Assembly (NCBI GenBank): GCA_003427395.1
Contig: BFEA01000001.1
Span: 6,711,221 to 6,775,220, forward strand
Direction: 5' to 3'
From: Chara braunii
Lineage: Eukaryota; Plantae; Charophyceae
Length of the DNA stretch: 64,000 nt
Below are positions 25,967-38,671 of the stretch, piece after piece. The stretch's first letter is position 1. Each line of letters starts with the position of its first letter. The position numbers and the translations under genes were made by a program. The notes beneath the pieces were generated by a model that was given only the letters and a program-made list of their open reading frames with translations, had not been told where the DNA came from and searched no databases.

Positions 25967-28611
25967 CTATTTTTTTAGGCCTACCACACGTCCTGGGGGG
26001 GTGAAAAGGGCCCTGGTGTCGAAAAAAGCCCTCCCGCCCCCTCCCCCCACCTGTCATGCGCTGGGACTGCCCCGTGGTCAACCGGCGGCACAACCGGCCA
26101 GGCGGCCCGGCGCCCCGCAACGTCCAGGTCGCCAGGCGGCTCGGGGACCAGCCTAGGGAATTAGAGAATTTATCTACATAGTTTGTAAAATTCTCACTAG
26201 CCCGTCCCTTGATGGCATGATGACAACACAGCTATAGAGACGTAATGACGGTAGCCAGTAGTACAAAGGACACAAGATCATCCAAGCGTCTCTCTCTTCC
26301 CTCTCGAGAAGGAAAGCTGGGTGTAGACATTGCAAAGCAGCAAAGAAGAATGTGGATGCGCGACGGACAGACAGGATCGCATAAGGAATCAGGTAGCTAG
26401 CCTCATGGGCGAGAGAAAAATGAACACGATGTGCGGGCGCACGCGCACGCGAAAGAGAGAGAGAGAGAGAGCGAGAGAGGTGGTTCTCAGCTCATGTCAC
26501 AGACAATTAATGGCCTTGACACAAAAGGTGATAAGACCTACTTCTCAGTTCACATCGAAGAAAAAAATTCCTGTTTGCAGATCTTCATGAAGAATGAAGA
26601 ACAGGGCAAAATATATACACAAGGCAGAGCAGTCAATGCTAGACTCAGTGAGGTGGCAGAGCATGTTTGGGGTAGGGGAACTGATAAACAGAGGACAAAA
26701 GGGAAGGGCACGGGGAATGGATGAACTCGAGGGGATGGAAAGGGGGCCAACCCTTTACGCCTTGGGGATCGAGCAGTTGACCACTGGCTCAAAAATTGGT
26801 TTCGAGTGGCCCCAGCGAAACAGGGTCACACCAACCACGCCTAATCACAGCCGGTCGACCGGTCGATTTCTCTTCCCCTCGAAAATGCAGATTCCCCCAT
26901 ATCCACAAGCTCCTGAATACAGCAAGTTTCACAGTAATCGCTCAGAAAAATCGTCAGCCCTCGAAGGGAAGTTGATCTGGTATAAGGGCAATTTCATCAC
27001 CCAAAATGAAAACCTTTACAGAGAGAATACATAACTTACCGTCATTTGCAAACTCGAGATTAGATGACGGTCGAAGAAGCATACATCTTGTACTCGAGAG
27101 CGGGAAGGATCTACAGGTTGCCGCTGAAAAGCTGCGCAGCTCAAGACAGGGCAAACGACCTTTCTCTCTGTTGACCAGGGAGACACAGAGAGAGGGAGTA
27201 TGGATGAAAAACGGTGCAGCACTCAAACCGGATTTCGCTCTGACTCCTAAAACAAAAACGATGTCGCACACTTGTCTAATATCTAATCTACCTATTTGCT
27301 GTTCATGACAACGGGGTTAAGCTTGTCTTCTGGGGGTAGTTGTACAGGGGAAGACAAACGACAGCCAACGGACGAAAAGATACGCACGGATGGACTGGCT
27401 GACCACTTGGCTATCTTTGTAGTTCGGTGACGATCTGCACAACGATGATGAAACACGGACAACTCATCAGTGAGGGACAACTGCTGGAGGGACGAAAGCC
27501 AAACATGGCGTCCTCCGCGGTCCCCACCGATCAATCAACATGTAGAAGCCAAAAGTCTTGCCAAACAGAAGACTTGACAACATCGAACACGACAGGTGGC
27601 ACAATTCCGTCAACGGAACTGACTGCCAAGCTAACATGAGATGCAGCGGCCTTGGCTCTTCGCGTTGAGGTGCAAAAGGCAATACTTCTTATCAACAATC
27701 GTATGACAACAAGAGTGCTGCACAGGCGGAGAGGGACGAGAAGGCTCAGGAATGCTTCGCACGATTGCTAGTGTGAAAAGACTTCTCCGGTTCGAGAGCC
27801 AATGATTGATGCTCTAATTCAAAAAAGCCAATGATCGATGCTCCTGACGATTGCTAGCTTCTCCCACCAAGCCAGACAACCGCCACTTGCAATTTGCAAT
27901 TGCTTTCAGAGGAAAATAAGGGGGTAGACCGAACCAGCAGGGCACGCGGAGGCTCATGCATGATCACGCGCAAGAGCTCAAGCTCATTTACGAACACCCA
28001 CAATACCCACCCAAGAACAAATGTTGCAATCTGTACGCAACCATCCGCCCGCCCGCAAAGTGCAAGCTAACTCATGCAACAGTGTGAACAACCGTACATA
28101 CGCGAGTGAGCAGGCCCACAGAGGCAACTGCTAATGAGACAAGCTCAATGCCGACCGGAAGGCGCAGAGCATGATCACAGATGACTGTAGGGCTAATCAC
28201 GCCAGACTCTCTCTACTCGTTCTGCGCTCGACGGCCTGAAACACGCATGCCCAAGCAACCCACGCCAGCCTCTGTCAACATGTCCCGTGCAAGACGGCCT
28301 GAAGCATGCCCGCCCAGAGACCTCTCCGGCTGTGCTTCGCCCTCTCTTCCCCTGCTCCCGCTGTCTCGTCCTGCGCCTCCGATATGCCCCTCCGTCCCCA
28401 TCCCAGGTCTAATCCGTGGCCCCCCACCTGTATCCAAATGGCAAACCATCGTCTCTCCATTTATCTCCCGTTGCACTGATGCAGCCAGCGACACGAGAAA
28501 TCGATGGGAAAGAGAGAAAAGAAGAGCGGGAAAGAAAGCCGAAGCCGTCAAGCAAATTCCCACAGGATAACACAGAGAGAGAGAGAGAGAGGGAGGGAGA
28601 GGAGATTTGGC

Positions 28612-31600
28612 TCAAAAAAGGGCGGACGGATCTGTCAATCGCCGGCGGCCATCCAGGACCCTTCCTCCTCTGAGTGCCACCTGTACTTCTGAGAACCACT
28701 CCCACGATTTTCCCTCTGGAATTGGGCTGCAGTGCGCTCTCACTCCACGCAGCTTCTTGCAGCGCAAGAGGAGAGCTTTCACCCCTTCACTGGTCACCCG
28801 CTCGCAATAGTGAAACATGGCCCACTGCAGTCGAGGCGCAGCATCACCCCACGCCAGCAGATCTGAATCGTTGATGCCATTTATGTACTGCAGATCAATG
28901 GCCTCCAGCTTCTCGCATTTGCTCAAGAGCTGGCAGAATTCCGCGCCAAACTCCGAGAACCGCCATGACTGACGGCCCACTAATCTCAGTCTAGTTAGGG
29001 TTCCAGCGAGCGCAGATATCCCGTCAAGGAACGAAGCACTGCTACACTTTTCCACAGCGCCAGTCCAGCAGTTGCCCTCTAGTCCCCCTCCTCCCCCATT
29101 CGCCTGCGACACGTCGCGGCTCCCGCTGCCATCGCCTGCCCGTCCTCCTCCTCCTACCCCAGATTTGGACAAGTCACACAGCGCCAGAGACAGAACGCTA
29201 ATGTTCGGGATCCGGTAGCAAAGCAGACGAAGGTCGGACATGGACTGGAAGCATGGGTTCTGAGAAGGATTGGTACGGGACCAGAGTCGCAGGGTTGTGA
29301 GTTTCCGACACGTGCCCCGGGCAATAAGAGATGCAGCCGAATCCGTCATATTCGCTGAGCCGAGCTGCAAATGCCGCAGTTCGAAGCAACAGCTGGTTAT
29401 GGCCAGGACAGACGCATCCGAGATCTTGCAGTCCGTAGCACGCAGAGACCGCAGCTGCCACCCCAGTTTGCCCACAATTGCTCCCATTCCCACATCGCCC
29501 ACGGAGGTCTGTGTGACGTCGAGCGAGGTGAGATGCTTGGCCCATTTCGCAAGCTCGATCGACTCCGCATCACCGAACCACCGATTGCTCGACACCGCCA
29601 ACTCCCTCACTTCTCCCATGCTCTCCAATGCCTTCGTGACATGAGACGAATGGGGATTGGACCAAAGATGAGTCAAGCTAACGTGGGCAAGCCGCCTGCA
29701 GCGACCGAAGAGGTGCGGCAATGCGTCGCCAGGAAGATCGCTCTGCGATAAGTTCACGGCTGTGAGAGAGGGACAATTGCGGGAAAATGCCTCCGTCACC
29801 CACACCGCATCCTCTTCCTTCACCAGGCATCCCTCCAACCCTACTTCTCTGAGCGCCGGGCAACGGCGTGCGACAGCAATCAGTCCTTTGTCCGTCACTC
29901 CTCGGCATTCCCTGATGTTCAGGTGGGTAAGCTCCGGACACGTCTCCGCCAGAGCATACAACAACTTGTCCGTTATTACATGCTGGCTGCCATCCCCGCA
30001 ACTGTGGGACTCTGGGTACGCGGGGGACAGGACAAGGCGCTTCAGACGTGGGGAGAGAAGGCGGCAGAGCGGATCGTCGACGGGCTCGAGAAGGTCGAGA
30101 AGCTCAAGCTCCGTCAACCTTAAGGCAGAGGGGACACAGGGACCACCACTGCTCGTTAAGGAGGAGGAAGGGACAGCAAGATACCACAGCCCTGCCGAAG
30201 AGCAGTTCTTCGACCGCAGTACCTCGAGATGACCGCGACTCATGTACACCAACCTCCTCAACAACTCGTCCGCTGCGCTCCGTGTGATCCGACCATTGAC
30301 CAGCCGCCACAGCGGGCGGACGGGGAAGAAGGTCAAGAGACTGGCGCACAAGATCCGGCTTTCTGTCCAGTCGAGCGCATCCACGACTCTGTAGTTTTTG
30401 GGCCGCGAGGCAACAGCGCGCCATTGACGACACACACAAGGGACGGTGAACAGCCGATCCTGCACCGGCAGAAAGGAAAAAACTACAGACAGAGTATCGT
30501 TCGGCAAATGTAGAGTAACGGCACTGGGAGCAGACACTGTCGTCCTACTGTGAGACGAGGAGGAGGATGCAGGAGCACCCGCTAACCCATTGCCTTTGCC
30601 ATTCACGGCAACCGTGCTCACACGTTCGTCTTTTCCCTTAGGAAGATCCCCAATCGAGTCACTACGCTGACCGTCCCAGCTCGGCTTTTCTTTTCCTGCT
30701 TCAGAATCTTCCAAAGTCGCGGTGCCCTTCCCCTCTTCCGGGCCAACTGCATCTTCTTCTTCCACCTGCTCCTGTCCTGCAGCATCGCTGAGGGCTCCGA
30801 CGCTCTTCCTCTGATCGTCTGCATCTGCAGCATCTTTCTCCTCGGCAGCTTGCGCTGCAGCCTCCGCCACTCTTGCGGCAGTACTTCGATCCTCCTCGAT
30901 ACCGGTACAAACACTGGATTCCTTATTCGCGCCCATATTCTCTTCGCTGAATATGTCATTCCTTGAAGGGGATGGGGGCGGAAACGTCTGCGAGCTGGCG
31001 CATGGCACTTCTGTCCAGCCGACGTCGTTATCATCTGCAGCACGTAGAGTAGTAAGAGGTGGGGTCTCAGATGAAAGGGAGGAGGAGGACAGCAGCGGGT
31101 GAGGAGAAACCACCTCCCCCTCCTCCTCCTCCTCCCGAAGAGACAGCTCAGAGAGAGATGAAGGGGAGATGAGAGATCGTTCGTCCGTTCCGATCTCGAC
31201 GCTTTTGACCTGTATTTGCAGCGTTGATCCGCCGAGACGAAGAGGCGGAGATGAACGGTGTACAGGCGGCGAGGGTTCGGGGTCATCTTCCGGCAAGGGA
31301 CAACCACTCGTGCCTGCCGAAACGTCAGACATCTGGAGTTTGATAATACGCTTAATGCTCTGAGGTGAGATGTAGCCTGCCGCGGGATCATCACTAGGAA
31401 TTCCGCTGGGGACAATCTTCGCTACAGGTGTGCGCGGCACTTCATCTGCAGCAAGCTTGGGTGAGCATGTGCTTGCCGCTCCCTCCCCCTCCACCATTCC
31501 TCCGCCCTCCGCCACTCCTTCGCCCTCCGCCACTCCTCCGACCTCTGCCTCAGGCGCAGCAGCTGCTGCTTGGAACGCCGCAAACCCTTTTCCGTCCCCC

Positions 31601-33081
31601 TCCTCGCCCACTTCCTCTGGTGGCTTGTCTTTGTCAGCAATCGGCACTTCCTCACCGCCGTGACCGCTTTCTTTTTCGATGACATCAACTTTGTCGGCAC
31701 CTTCGGAGATCTTCTCCTCGCCACCCTCGGCAGTGGACTCCGCTGCCACCACGACGACGGTTCCACCACCACCACCATTGACAGCAAGATCGCATCCATC
31801 TCGCGGTAGCGGCAAAGCCGAGACGTGCTGTGTTTGTTTTTCCGCGGAGTCGGTAGAAGCGGCCGAGGTGGGCAGCGTTGGCGAAAGTTCGTTCAGCGGA
31901 AGAGAGGAGGTTCCTCCTTGATCAGGAGGTTCGTTCGCCGATGCTCCCTCCTCTTCTTGCTTCTCCTGATGCTCAGGTTGTTGGCGCGCAGTCTCCTCGA
32001 CGACAGTGGTTGCGTCCTCGGTCGGCAGCGCGTTAGACTTAAGGTCGCGCAGATCTTCTTCAATGACGCCACCAGATGCCGGCGGAGACAAGCGCACGGG
32101 GGCAGCGGAAGCTTCCCCACCGCTACTGCAACCTTGGGCGCCGCCCCCCGCCGACGCGGACGAGCATGCCGCCGCTGCTGATGCCGAAGACGTCAGAGCC
32201 GAAGCGCTGCAAGAGTTGCCAGAGCTTGCACTTGCAAAACGAGGGCTTTGAGAAGAGGTCGGTAGGAAGAAGTCAATATCTGCAGGAGGATGAGGATGAG
32301 GAAGAGGAGAAAGAGGAGAAGGAGGCGGTAGAGCATGGAGAGATTTGGATTCCCATGTCTGCTCGTCGTACGGAACACCCTTCGTTTTGGCAGCTGCCCT
32401 GAGACGACTCCTCACCTTCTCCGCCACCCTCGCTTTAAACTCTCTGAATTGTTCGCTCACGAGTTCTACCTTCGCCTTGAACACTTCAAATTCGTCACTA
32501 ACGCGAGCTAGTACTTCTGCTTCTCGATCCAAGTCGTCAGACTTCTGCTTCTGCTTTTGCGGATTGCGCTGCTCCTCGTCGGATCGTTCGCCTATGCAAT
32601 CTAATCCCCCCACGGCGACGTGCAGCCCTTTGCCTACTTCGTCGTAACGACCGTTACCATGACCGCTCTCAAGACTGGAAAGTCCATCTCCATCTCCGCT
32701 GTCCTTATCCCTGCTGGTAGTGATTGGTTGCTCCGTCTGCGATGGCGATGGCGATGCCATCAACAAAACGTTAGTCGACGCTTCCAAATGCGGAGAACCA
32801 GCTCGACGACACGGACTGTCTCTCTCTGCCGAGAGGGCATCTCCACCGGTCACCCGTTGGCGCTTTCTGCCTTCCTCTTCGCTCGGTGGAACGAGATTGC
32901 TTTGACGATCCTCATGACTGCCATCCGGAGATTGCTGCTGAGCGATCTGCAGCTGAGGTTGCATCGTTCCTCCCTCTTCTTCTACCGCCGTCTGAGACAG
33001 CACGTCGCCATCGTCGCACCGCCTCTTCGGAGCCGACCGATTGCCGTCTGCATGCGGCTCTTCGCTGCTGGCAGACAGCAT
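28612..33081 (-). CDS. F-box/LRR-repeat protein (FBW2/SKIP1-like F-box region) with an about 850-aa acidic low-complexity N-terminus
   Basis: Uninterrupted 1489-aa ORF with ATG preceded by an in-frame TGA. F-box LPNDTLSVVFSFLPVQDRLFTVPCVCRQW at about aa 858; cysteine-containing LRRs (CPELTHLNIRECRGVTDKGL, CPSLTAVNLS, CERVTSEGV). Confidence 0.9.
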   Translation of the reverse strand: MLSASSEEPHADGNRSAPKRRCDDGDVLSQTAVEEEGGTMQPQLQIAQQQSPDGSHEDRQSNLVPPSEEEGRKRQRVTGGDALSAERDSPCRRAGSPHLEASTNVLLMASPSPSQTEQPITTSRDKDSGDGDGLSSLESGHGNGRYDEVGKGLHVAVGGLDCIGERSDEEQRNPQKQKQKSDDLDREAEVLARVSDEFEVFKAKVELVSEQFREFKARVAEKVRSRLRAAAKTKGVPYDEQTWESKSLHALPPPSPLSPLPHPHPPADIDFFLPTSSQSPRFASASSGNSCSASALTSSASAAAACSSASAGGGAQGCSSGGEASAAPVRLSPPASGGVIEEDLRDLKSNALPTEDATTVVEETARQQPEHQEKQEEEGASANEPPDQGGTSSLPLNELSPTLPTSAASTDSAEKQTQHVSALPLPRDGCDLAVNGGGGGTVVVVAAESTAEGGEEKISEGADKVDVIEKESGHGGEEVPIADKDKPPEEVGEEGDGKGFAAFQAAAAAPEAEVGGVAEGEGVAEGGGMVEGEGAASTCSPKLAADEVPRTPVAKIVPSGIPSDDPAAGYISPQSIKRIIKLQMSDVSAGTSGCPLPEDDPEPSPPVHRSSPPLRLGGSTLQIQVKSVEIGTDERSLISPSSLSELSLREEEEEGEVVSPHPLLSSSSLSSETPPLTTLRAADDNDVGWTEVPCASSQTFPPPSPSRNDIFSEENMGANKESSVCTGIEEDRSTAARVAEAAAQAAEEKDAADADDQRKSVGALSDAAGQEQVEEEDAVGPEEGKGTATLEDSEAGKEKPSWDGQRSDSIGDLPKGKDERVSTVAVNGKGNGLAGAPASSSSSHSRTTVSAPSAVTLHLPNDTLSVVFSFLPVQDRLFTVPCVCRQWRAVASRPKNYRVVDALDWTESRILCASLLTFFPVRPLWRLVNGRITRSAADELLRRLVYMSRGHLEVLRSKNCSSAGLWYLAVPSSSLTSSGGPCVPSALRLTELELLDLLEPVDDPLCRLLSPRLKRLVLSPAYPESHSCGDGSQHVITDKLLYALAETCPELTHLNIRECRGVTDKGLIAVARRCPALREVGLEGCLVKEEDAVWVTEAFSRNCPSLTAVNLSQSDLPGDALPHLFGRCRRLAHVSLTHLWSNPHSSHVTKALESMGEVRELAVSSNRWFGDAESIELAKWAKHLTSLDVTQTSVGDVGMGAIVGKLGWQLRSLRATDCKISDASVLAITSCCFELRHLQLGSANMTDSAASLIARGTCRKLTTLRLWSRTNPSQNPCFQSMSDLRLLCYRIPNISVLSLALCDLSKSGVGGGGRAGDGSGSRDVSQANGGGGGLEGNCWTGAVEKCSSASFLDGISALAGTLTRLRLVGRQSWRFSEFGAEFCQLLSKCEKLEAIDLQYINGINDSDLLAWGDAAPRLQWAMFHYCERVTSEGVKALLLRCKKLRGVRAHCSPIPEGKSWEWFSEVQVALRGGRVLDGRRRLTDPSALF

Positions 33082-33569
33082 GCCCTGATTATCTTCTCCG
33101 GCTTTTCACCCATCAACAGCCGTCCCGCCACCACGGAGAGCGGCCGGCTACTCGATGACGCGGAAGATGACCTCTAGATGCTGGTCGGGAAACAGAAAAT
33201 AGCCGGCGATGTGGAGGTTCCACTCCAAGTACCGCCGGTGACCAAGCCTCATGCACAGCTGACGAGCCTTTCAGACCCCAGGGGGGGGGCCTTCGCGGCC
33301 GTCAGGTCTTCGATTTCACAAAAAGCCACTGGTCGAAACGCTCTCGGAGAACCTCAGGGCGAGCATGACGAAGAGCTGCTGGATGCTGCAGTGAGTACAC
33401 AACAGAAAAATTCAAGATATAAAACTTTTCTCGAAGGAAGGAAAAGATGATTCAAAAATTTCTAGGCTCACTTTTTTTTTAATTCAAAAAAAAAAAAAAA
33501 ACGTCTTGCGTCCACTGCAGTGAAACGTGATCGTGTCCACTGGAGCATATAATGCTGCACATTCACTAG

Positions 33570-33660
33570 GACCTCGTTGGAGGCATCTGACCATGATACA
33601 TATAGGGTTCAGCCTCCTGATGAGTCGGTGAAACTCCGACGAAACAATTTGTCACAGCCC
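33570..33660 (+). ncRNA. Hammerhead ribozyme-like motif (imperfect cleavage-site geometry)
   Basis: CTGATGA (33617) - GTCGG tgaaact CCGAC - GAAAC (33641) - aatttGTC; upstream gaggc..gcctc could form stem I. Confidence 0.5.
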
Positions 33661-34226
33661 CTCGTTTCTTGTCGTCTTCTCCCTCTCTGCCTACAGTTTA
33701 CCGGGCAGCTCTGTTTAACGAGATATATATTGTCACATTGTGAATCAGAGCGCAAAAAAGGGAAAAGAAAAAAGGACAAGGAAAAAAGGGGAAGGGGAAG
33801 GAGGTAAGGAAAGCTCCACCTGCTCATAACCTCTTACGTACAAGGCCAGCCACGTGGATGACAGGTTGAGCGCTGGCTGCCCCCATCCCTGTGTGTCACA
33901 AGGACCCAATTGCACGCAGCCAAAAGGCAAAGAGGTAAAGATATATATATACATATAGATTGACCAAGAGGACAAAGAAGAAGAGAAGAGAAACGAACTG
34001 AAAAAATCCGTGGGACTACCGGTAGTTCAAGTACCCCCTCAGTGAGGGCGGCCCTCCTGGGCGATCCTAGAAAACGTCGATAATCTACACATTGCCAGGA
34101 CGTGGTGGAAACACAAAAAGAAAAAAGATCGCTCGTCACCGTAGATGGGGCAGGACCACAACCAGAAATTGGCTCTCACCACACATGAGCAGATCAACAG
34201 CCAGGATCACTACACCCCACGTGTCA

Positions 34227-34232
<6 letters not shown>

Positions 34233-34302
<70 letters not shown>

Positions 34303-34386
34303 CGCGCACGCGCGAGTCCGAGCTCCGAAGCAATAACTTGTTCTCTGTCGTGGTGACCTGTCAGATCGCCACGTCACCAGGAATCA

Positions 34387-34439
<53 letters not shown>

Positions 34440-35014
34440 NNNNNNNNNNNNNNNNNNNNNNNNNNNNNNNNNNNNNNNNNNNNNNNNNNNNNNNNNNNNN
34501 NNNNNNNNNNNNNNNNNNNNNNNNNNNNNNNNNNNNNNNNNNNNNNNNNNNNNNNNNNNNNNNNNNNNNNNNNNNNNNNNNNNNNNNNNNNNNNNNNNNN
34601 NNNNNNNNNNNNNNNNNNNNNNNNNNNNNNNNNNNNNNNNNNNNNNNNNNNNNNNNNNNNNNNNNNNNNNNNNNNNNNNNNNNNNNNNNNNNNNNNNNNN
34701 NNNNNNNNNNNNNNNNNNNNNNNNNNNNNNNNNNNNNNNNNNNNNNNNNNNNNNNNNNNNNNNNNNNNNNNNNNNNNNNNNNNNNNNNNNNNNNNNNNNN
34801 NNNNNNNNNNNNNNNNNNNNNNNNNNNNNNNNNNNNNNNNNNNNNNNNNNNNNNNNNNNNNNNNNNNNNNNNNNNNNNNNNNNNNNNNNNNNNNNNNNNN
34901 NNNNNNNNNNNNNNNNNNNNNNNNNNNNNNNNNNNNNNNNNNNNNNNNNNNNNNNNNNNNNNNNNNNNNNNNNNNNNNNNNNNNNNNNNNNNNNNNNNNN
35001 NNNNNNNNNNNNNN

Positions 35015-35050
<36 letters not shown>
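34233..35050. repeat. (CT)n, (CG)n and (CA)n microsatellites flanking an assembly gap
   Basis: Directly visible. Confidence 0.9.
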
Positions 35051-35051
<1 letters not shown>

Positions 35052-37099
35052 TTCCAATACTTTAGTGTAAAAGGGTTATCAGATTTCGGGCCTCGCTCCA
35101 CCACTCACTTAACACGGAAAAGACAAAAAAAAATAAAAAAAACATTTGGCGAGTGTGTCATCCCAACTCCTAACTGAAGATACACACGGGATTTTACAGA
35201 TTTGGTGAGTAGAACAGAGAGGCTCTCACTCTCCCCCTCCCCGCACCTGTCCCCCCCCCTCCTCTCTCCCTCCTCTCTCCCTCCTCTCTCCCTCCTCTCT
35301 TCCTTCTCCACTCCCTCTTCCTCCTCTCCCTCCTCCCCTCCCTCCTTCCCGGATACAACTCGCACGGTTTGTGCTCCTCCCCATCCACGCACTCTCCCCT
35401 GCAGCTTCCAACCAGTCCTGTCCCTGGACGTACAAACAGCACGCTGCATGATCTCTACCATGCATGCCCAGGACCTGCAGCGCAGTGCCGCTTCCTCGTG
35501 GCCGCTGAGTGCTTCACTGGTGTTTCCCCGCCGACGCTAAAAGTAGCAAGTTCCTCATCATTAAAAAAAAAAAACGCAACAGAGACTACTTACCACCGTG
35601 GAAAATCGATACACACCGTATCGTTACTGTTTTGACGGAGCTCGGTTTTTGGGCGGCCGAGCACTGCAGCGAAAACCTTGGACGACCTCCTTTTTCGGGG
35701 GGGTTTGTGCTCGTGAAACGATCTTGTGTCCACAGCGAATTTCGAGTCTACTAGAATTTCGAGTCTACTAGATGCCCCGTTGCAGCTTCGCCCGCAAAAA
35801 CAGAAAAGGAACAAAGCACAAAAGAAAGAAAACGCAAAAGGAACTGGCCCCTATCAAATGCCGCTTCTTTCACAATAAGAAAAAGAGAAGCCTGAGAGCA
35901 GACGAAAACCCGCGTGCAAGAAAATGGGGAGCCGTTACCTGCGGTTTTCTTTATCTTTGAGTGTTTTGTTTGGGGAGCCGTTACCTTTGCAGCATCGTTT
36001 TTGTTTTGTGATATGCGCAAGGACTCCGTGAACTTTTCTGACAAAATGCCTTGTCCCGTTGTCCCGTTGACCCGTTGACGTTTTCGCTAAAGATTCAGAT
36101 TCAGACTTTGTTGGCTGTGTTCTCTGGATATGTTTGTGATCAAGCGATCTTCCATGCATGTATGCCCCGTGCTTACTTTGCCCCGTGCTTGCTTGTTGAG
36201 TTTTGACGCTGTGTGTGCAAGTGCATGCGCGTGTGGGAGAGTCTCAGTTTGCTGAGCTCGGATGATGTCATTAACGATTGGCCCGGGGAAGGTGTTGGAA
36301 GTCGCCTCCAACTATACGAGTGACACTGATGTTAAGCAGGTTTTGCATTGTATGAATGAAACAATCAGCATTCAATCTGCTTGGCAGAGTTGCTCTTCGG
36401 GTGGGGGACATGTCGGGAGTAGCATTGACATGAGAGCCATAATGCCGGCCGTGCATCTTGGAACATTTCCTGGAAGGCAAAAGGCAAAGAAGAAACGAAG
36501 TAGCACGTGTCAGAGTCACATGATGGACAGCTTGGCACAGTCCCTCTCTCTCTCTCTCTCTCGCGCGCACGTGTCAGAGTCACATGATGGACAGCTTGGC
36601 ACAGTCCCTCTCTCTCTCTCTCTCTCTCNNNNNNNNNNNNNNNNNNNNNNNNNNNNNNNNNNNNNNNNNNNNNNNNNNNNNNNNNNNNNNNNNNNNNNNN
36701 NNNNNNNNNNNNNNNNNNNNNNNNNNNNNNNNNNNNNNNNNNNNNNNNNNNNNNNNNNNNNNNNNNNNNNNNNNNNNNNNNNNNNNNNNNNNNNNNNNNN
36801 NNNNNNNNNNNNNNNNNNNNNNNNNNNNNNNNNNNNNNNNNNNNNNNNNNNNNNNNNNNNNNNNNNNNNNNNNNNNNNNNNNNNNNNNNNNNNNNNNNNN
36901 NNNNNNNNNNNNNNNNNNNNNNNNNNNNNNNNNNNNNNNNNNNNNNNNNNNNNNNNNNNNNNNNNNNNNNNNNNNNNNNNNNNNNNNNNNNNNNNNNNNN
37001 NNNNNNNNNNNNNNNAAAAGCACACATAAGGGAAACAGAGAAATAGAGATAAAATCGCTCCTCGTGACGCTGCCACGCGGCGCGATTTTCGGCCTTCCA

Positions 37100-37412
37100 C
37101 ACTCCACCTTCGCCCTGCCCCCCTTCCCGGTCCCCTCATCTTTACCCCATCCATGACATGTACCGCTATCCCTCCCGCTCGTCGCCTTTGTTACTGTACC
37201 ATCCTTACCCCTCGACTCTCCCTTCCCTCCCATGACGTTGTGCCATGCGCCCCCTCCTCCTCTTCCTCCAACTCCACCCGCGGTATCGCTCTGCGCCTCT
37301 TTAAATTCTTTCCTCCCCCCGTCCTACTGTGGCTTCCGCTGCCCTTCTCTCCCTCCTTTCCCCAATTCTCACGCGCCCCTCTTCATTCTCCTTCTCCCAC
37401 CAATCCATTTGC

Positions 37413-37477
<65 letters not shown>

Positions 37478-38225
37478 CCACCTGACCTCTTCCCTTGCTC
37501 CGTACCCCACCCAACGTCTTCCCTCCCTCCTCCTTCCATCTGCCCTCCCTCCGCCCGACTTCACCCTGCCGTCTTTCCCCTTCCTCCCGGCCTCCTTCCA
37601 CTTCGTCTTCACGCTTTTTCCCATGCTCGTCTCCCCCTTACCTCTTCCCTTCCTCCATACGTCACTCAACCTCTAAACTACGTTCTGCTCTGTCCTCCCT
37701 CCGCCCTACTTCTCCCTACCGCCTCCCTTCTCTCCCGGCCTCCTCTGGACCTTCTCTTAAAACCTCCCTCTGCCCTCCATTCGCTTGGCCACCTCACTCC
37801 CCTTCCTCCGCCCAATCTCCGCCTGACCTCCTTCCCTCTATCTCCTCCGTCCTACTCCTTCCTCCGCCCGATTTGCACTGACCTCCTCCTTCCCCCAATC
37901 TCCTTCCTCCCCTCCCTTTCTTGGCCCGATCTCCACCTGACCTCCTGCTTCCGCCCCTCTCTCCCGCCTTTCCCCTGCTGCCTACAGGCCTCCTCCACAC
38001 CTTCTCTTCAACCTCCCTCTGCCCTCCGTCCGCCTGGCCGCCTCATTCCCCTTCGTTCGCCCCCTTCGCTCGCCTGATCTTTGTCTGACCTCCTCCTTCC
38101 CCCGATCTCCGTCCTCCCTTTCCTTCCTCAGCCCGATCACCACCTGACCTCCTACTTCCATCCCTCCCTCCGTCCTGCTCCCTACCTCCCCCTTCCTCCC
38201 TCGACCTTACGCCCTTCCTTCGTAA
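37100..38225. repeat. Pyrimidine-rich low-complexity tract with an internal about 245-bp diverged duplication
   Basis: aacctccctctgccctcc..tgacctcctccttccccc..cacctgacctcct recurs at about 37760 and 38010. Confidence 0.6.
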
Positions 38226-38608
38226 GGCCCCACCTAAGAAATACTTCTTTCCCTTTATCCGGTGGACGTAAACGCTCCATTTGTTATCAAGATCGCTCCA
38301 TCTCATTTAAGATCTCAACACGGTTGGTTGCACACGCGCAAGAAGGAGAGAGAGAGGGAAAGCAGAAGAGAGAAAAACGCATTTCACCTATAACACACTT
38401 CCTCCTCTCGCTCTTCCTTCCTTGCACCTTCTTTGTCCTTGACTGTCTCTTCCACCACCAAACGTACGTCTTCTGCCGCCTCAAGATCTTCCTCCTCAAC
38501 ATTTCCCTCGGTCTTTTATCTTTGGAGCGGCCTTATGATTAACTGCCCTGAGCCTGGTATTTCAGGCTATCGATATTTCTTTGCATATTTCACTCTCTAC
38601 TGAGTCAG

Positions 38609-38671
<63 letters not shown>

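Larger units (their letters stand above)
24427..26156. mobile_element. Non-autonomous hAT-like element (CTAGG termini) with internal minisatellite, gap and MITE
   Basis: ctaggctgggcc / ggaccagcctag termini; 8-bp TSD ggaatcag (24419-24426) / ggaattag (26157-26164). Confidence 0.75.

Noticed and set aside
36505-36628. Duplicated gcacgtgtcagagtcacatgatggacagcttggcacagtccc block
   Set aside because: Identical, bounded by (CT)n and a gap; likely misassembly.
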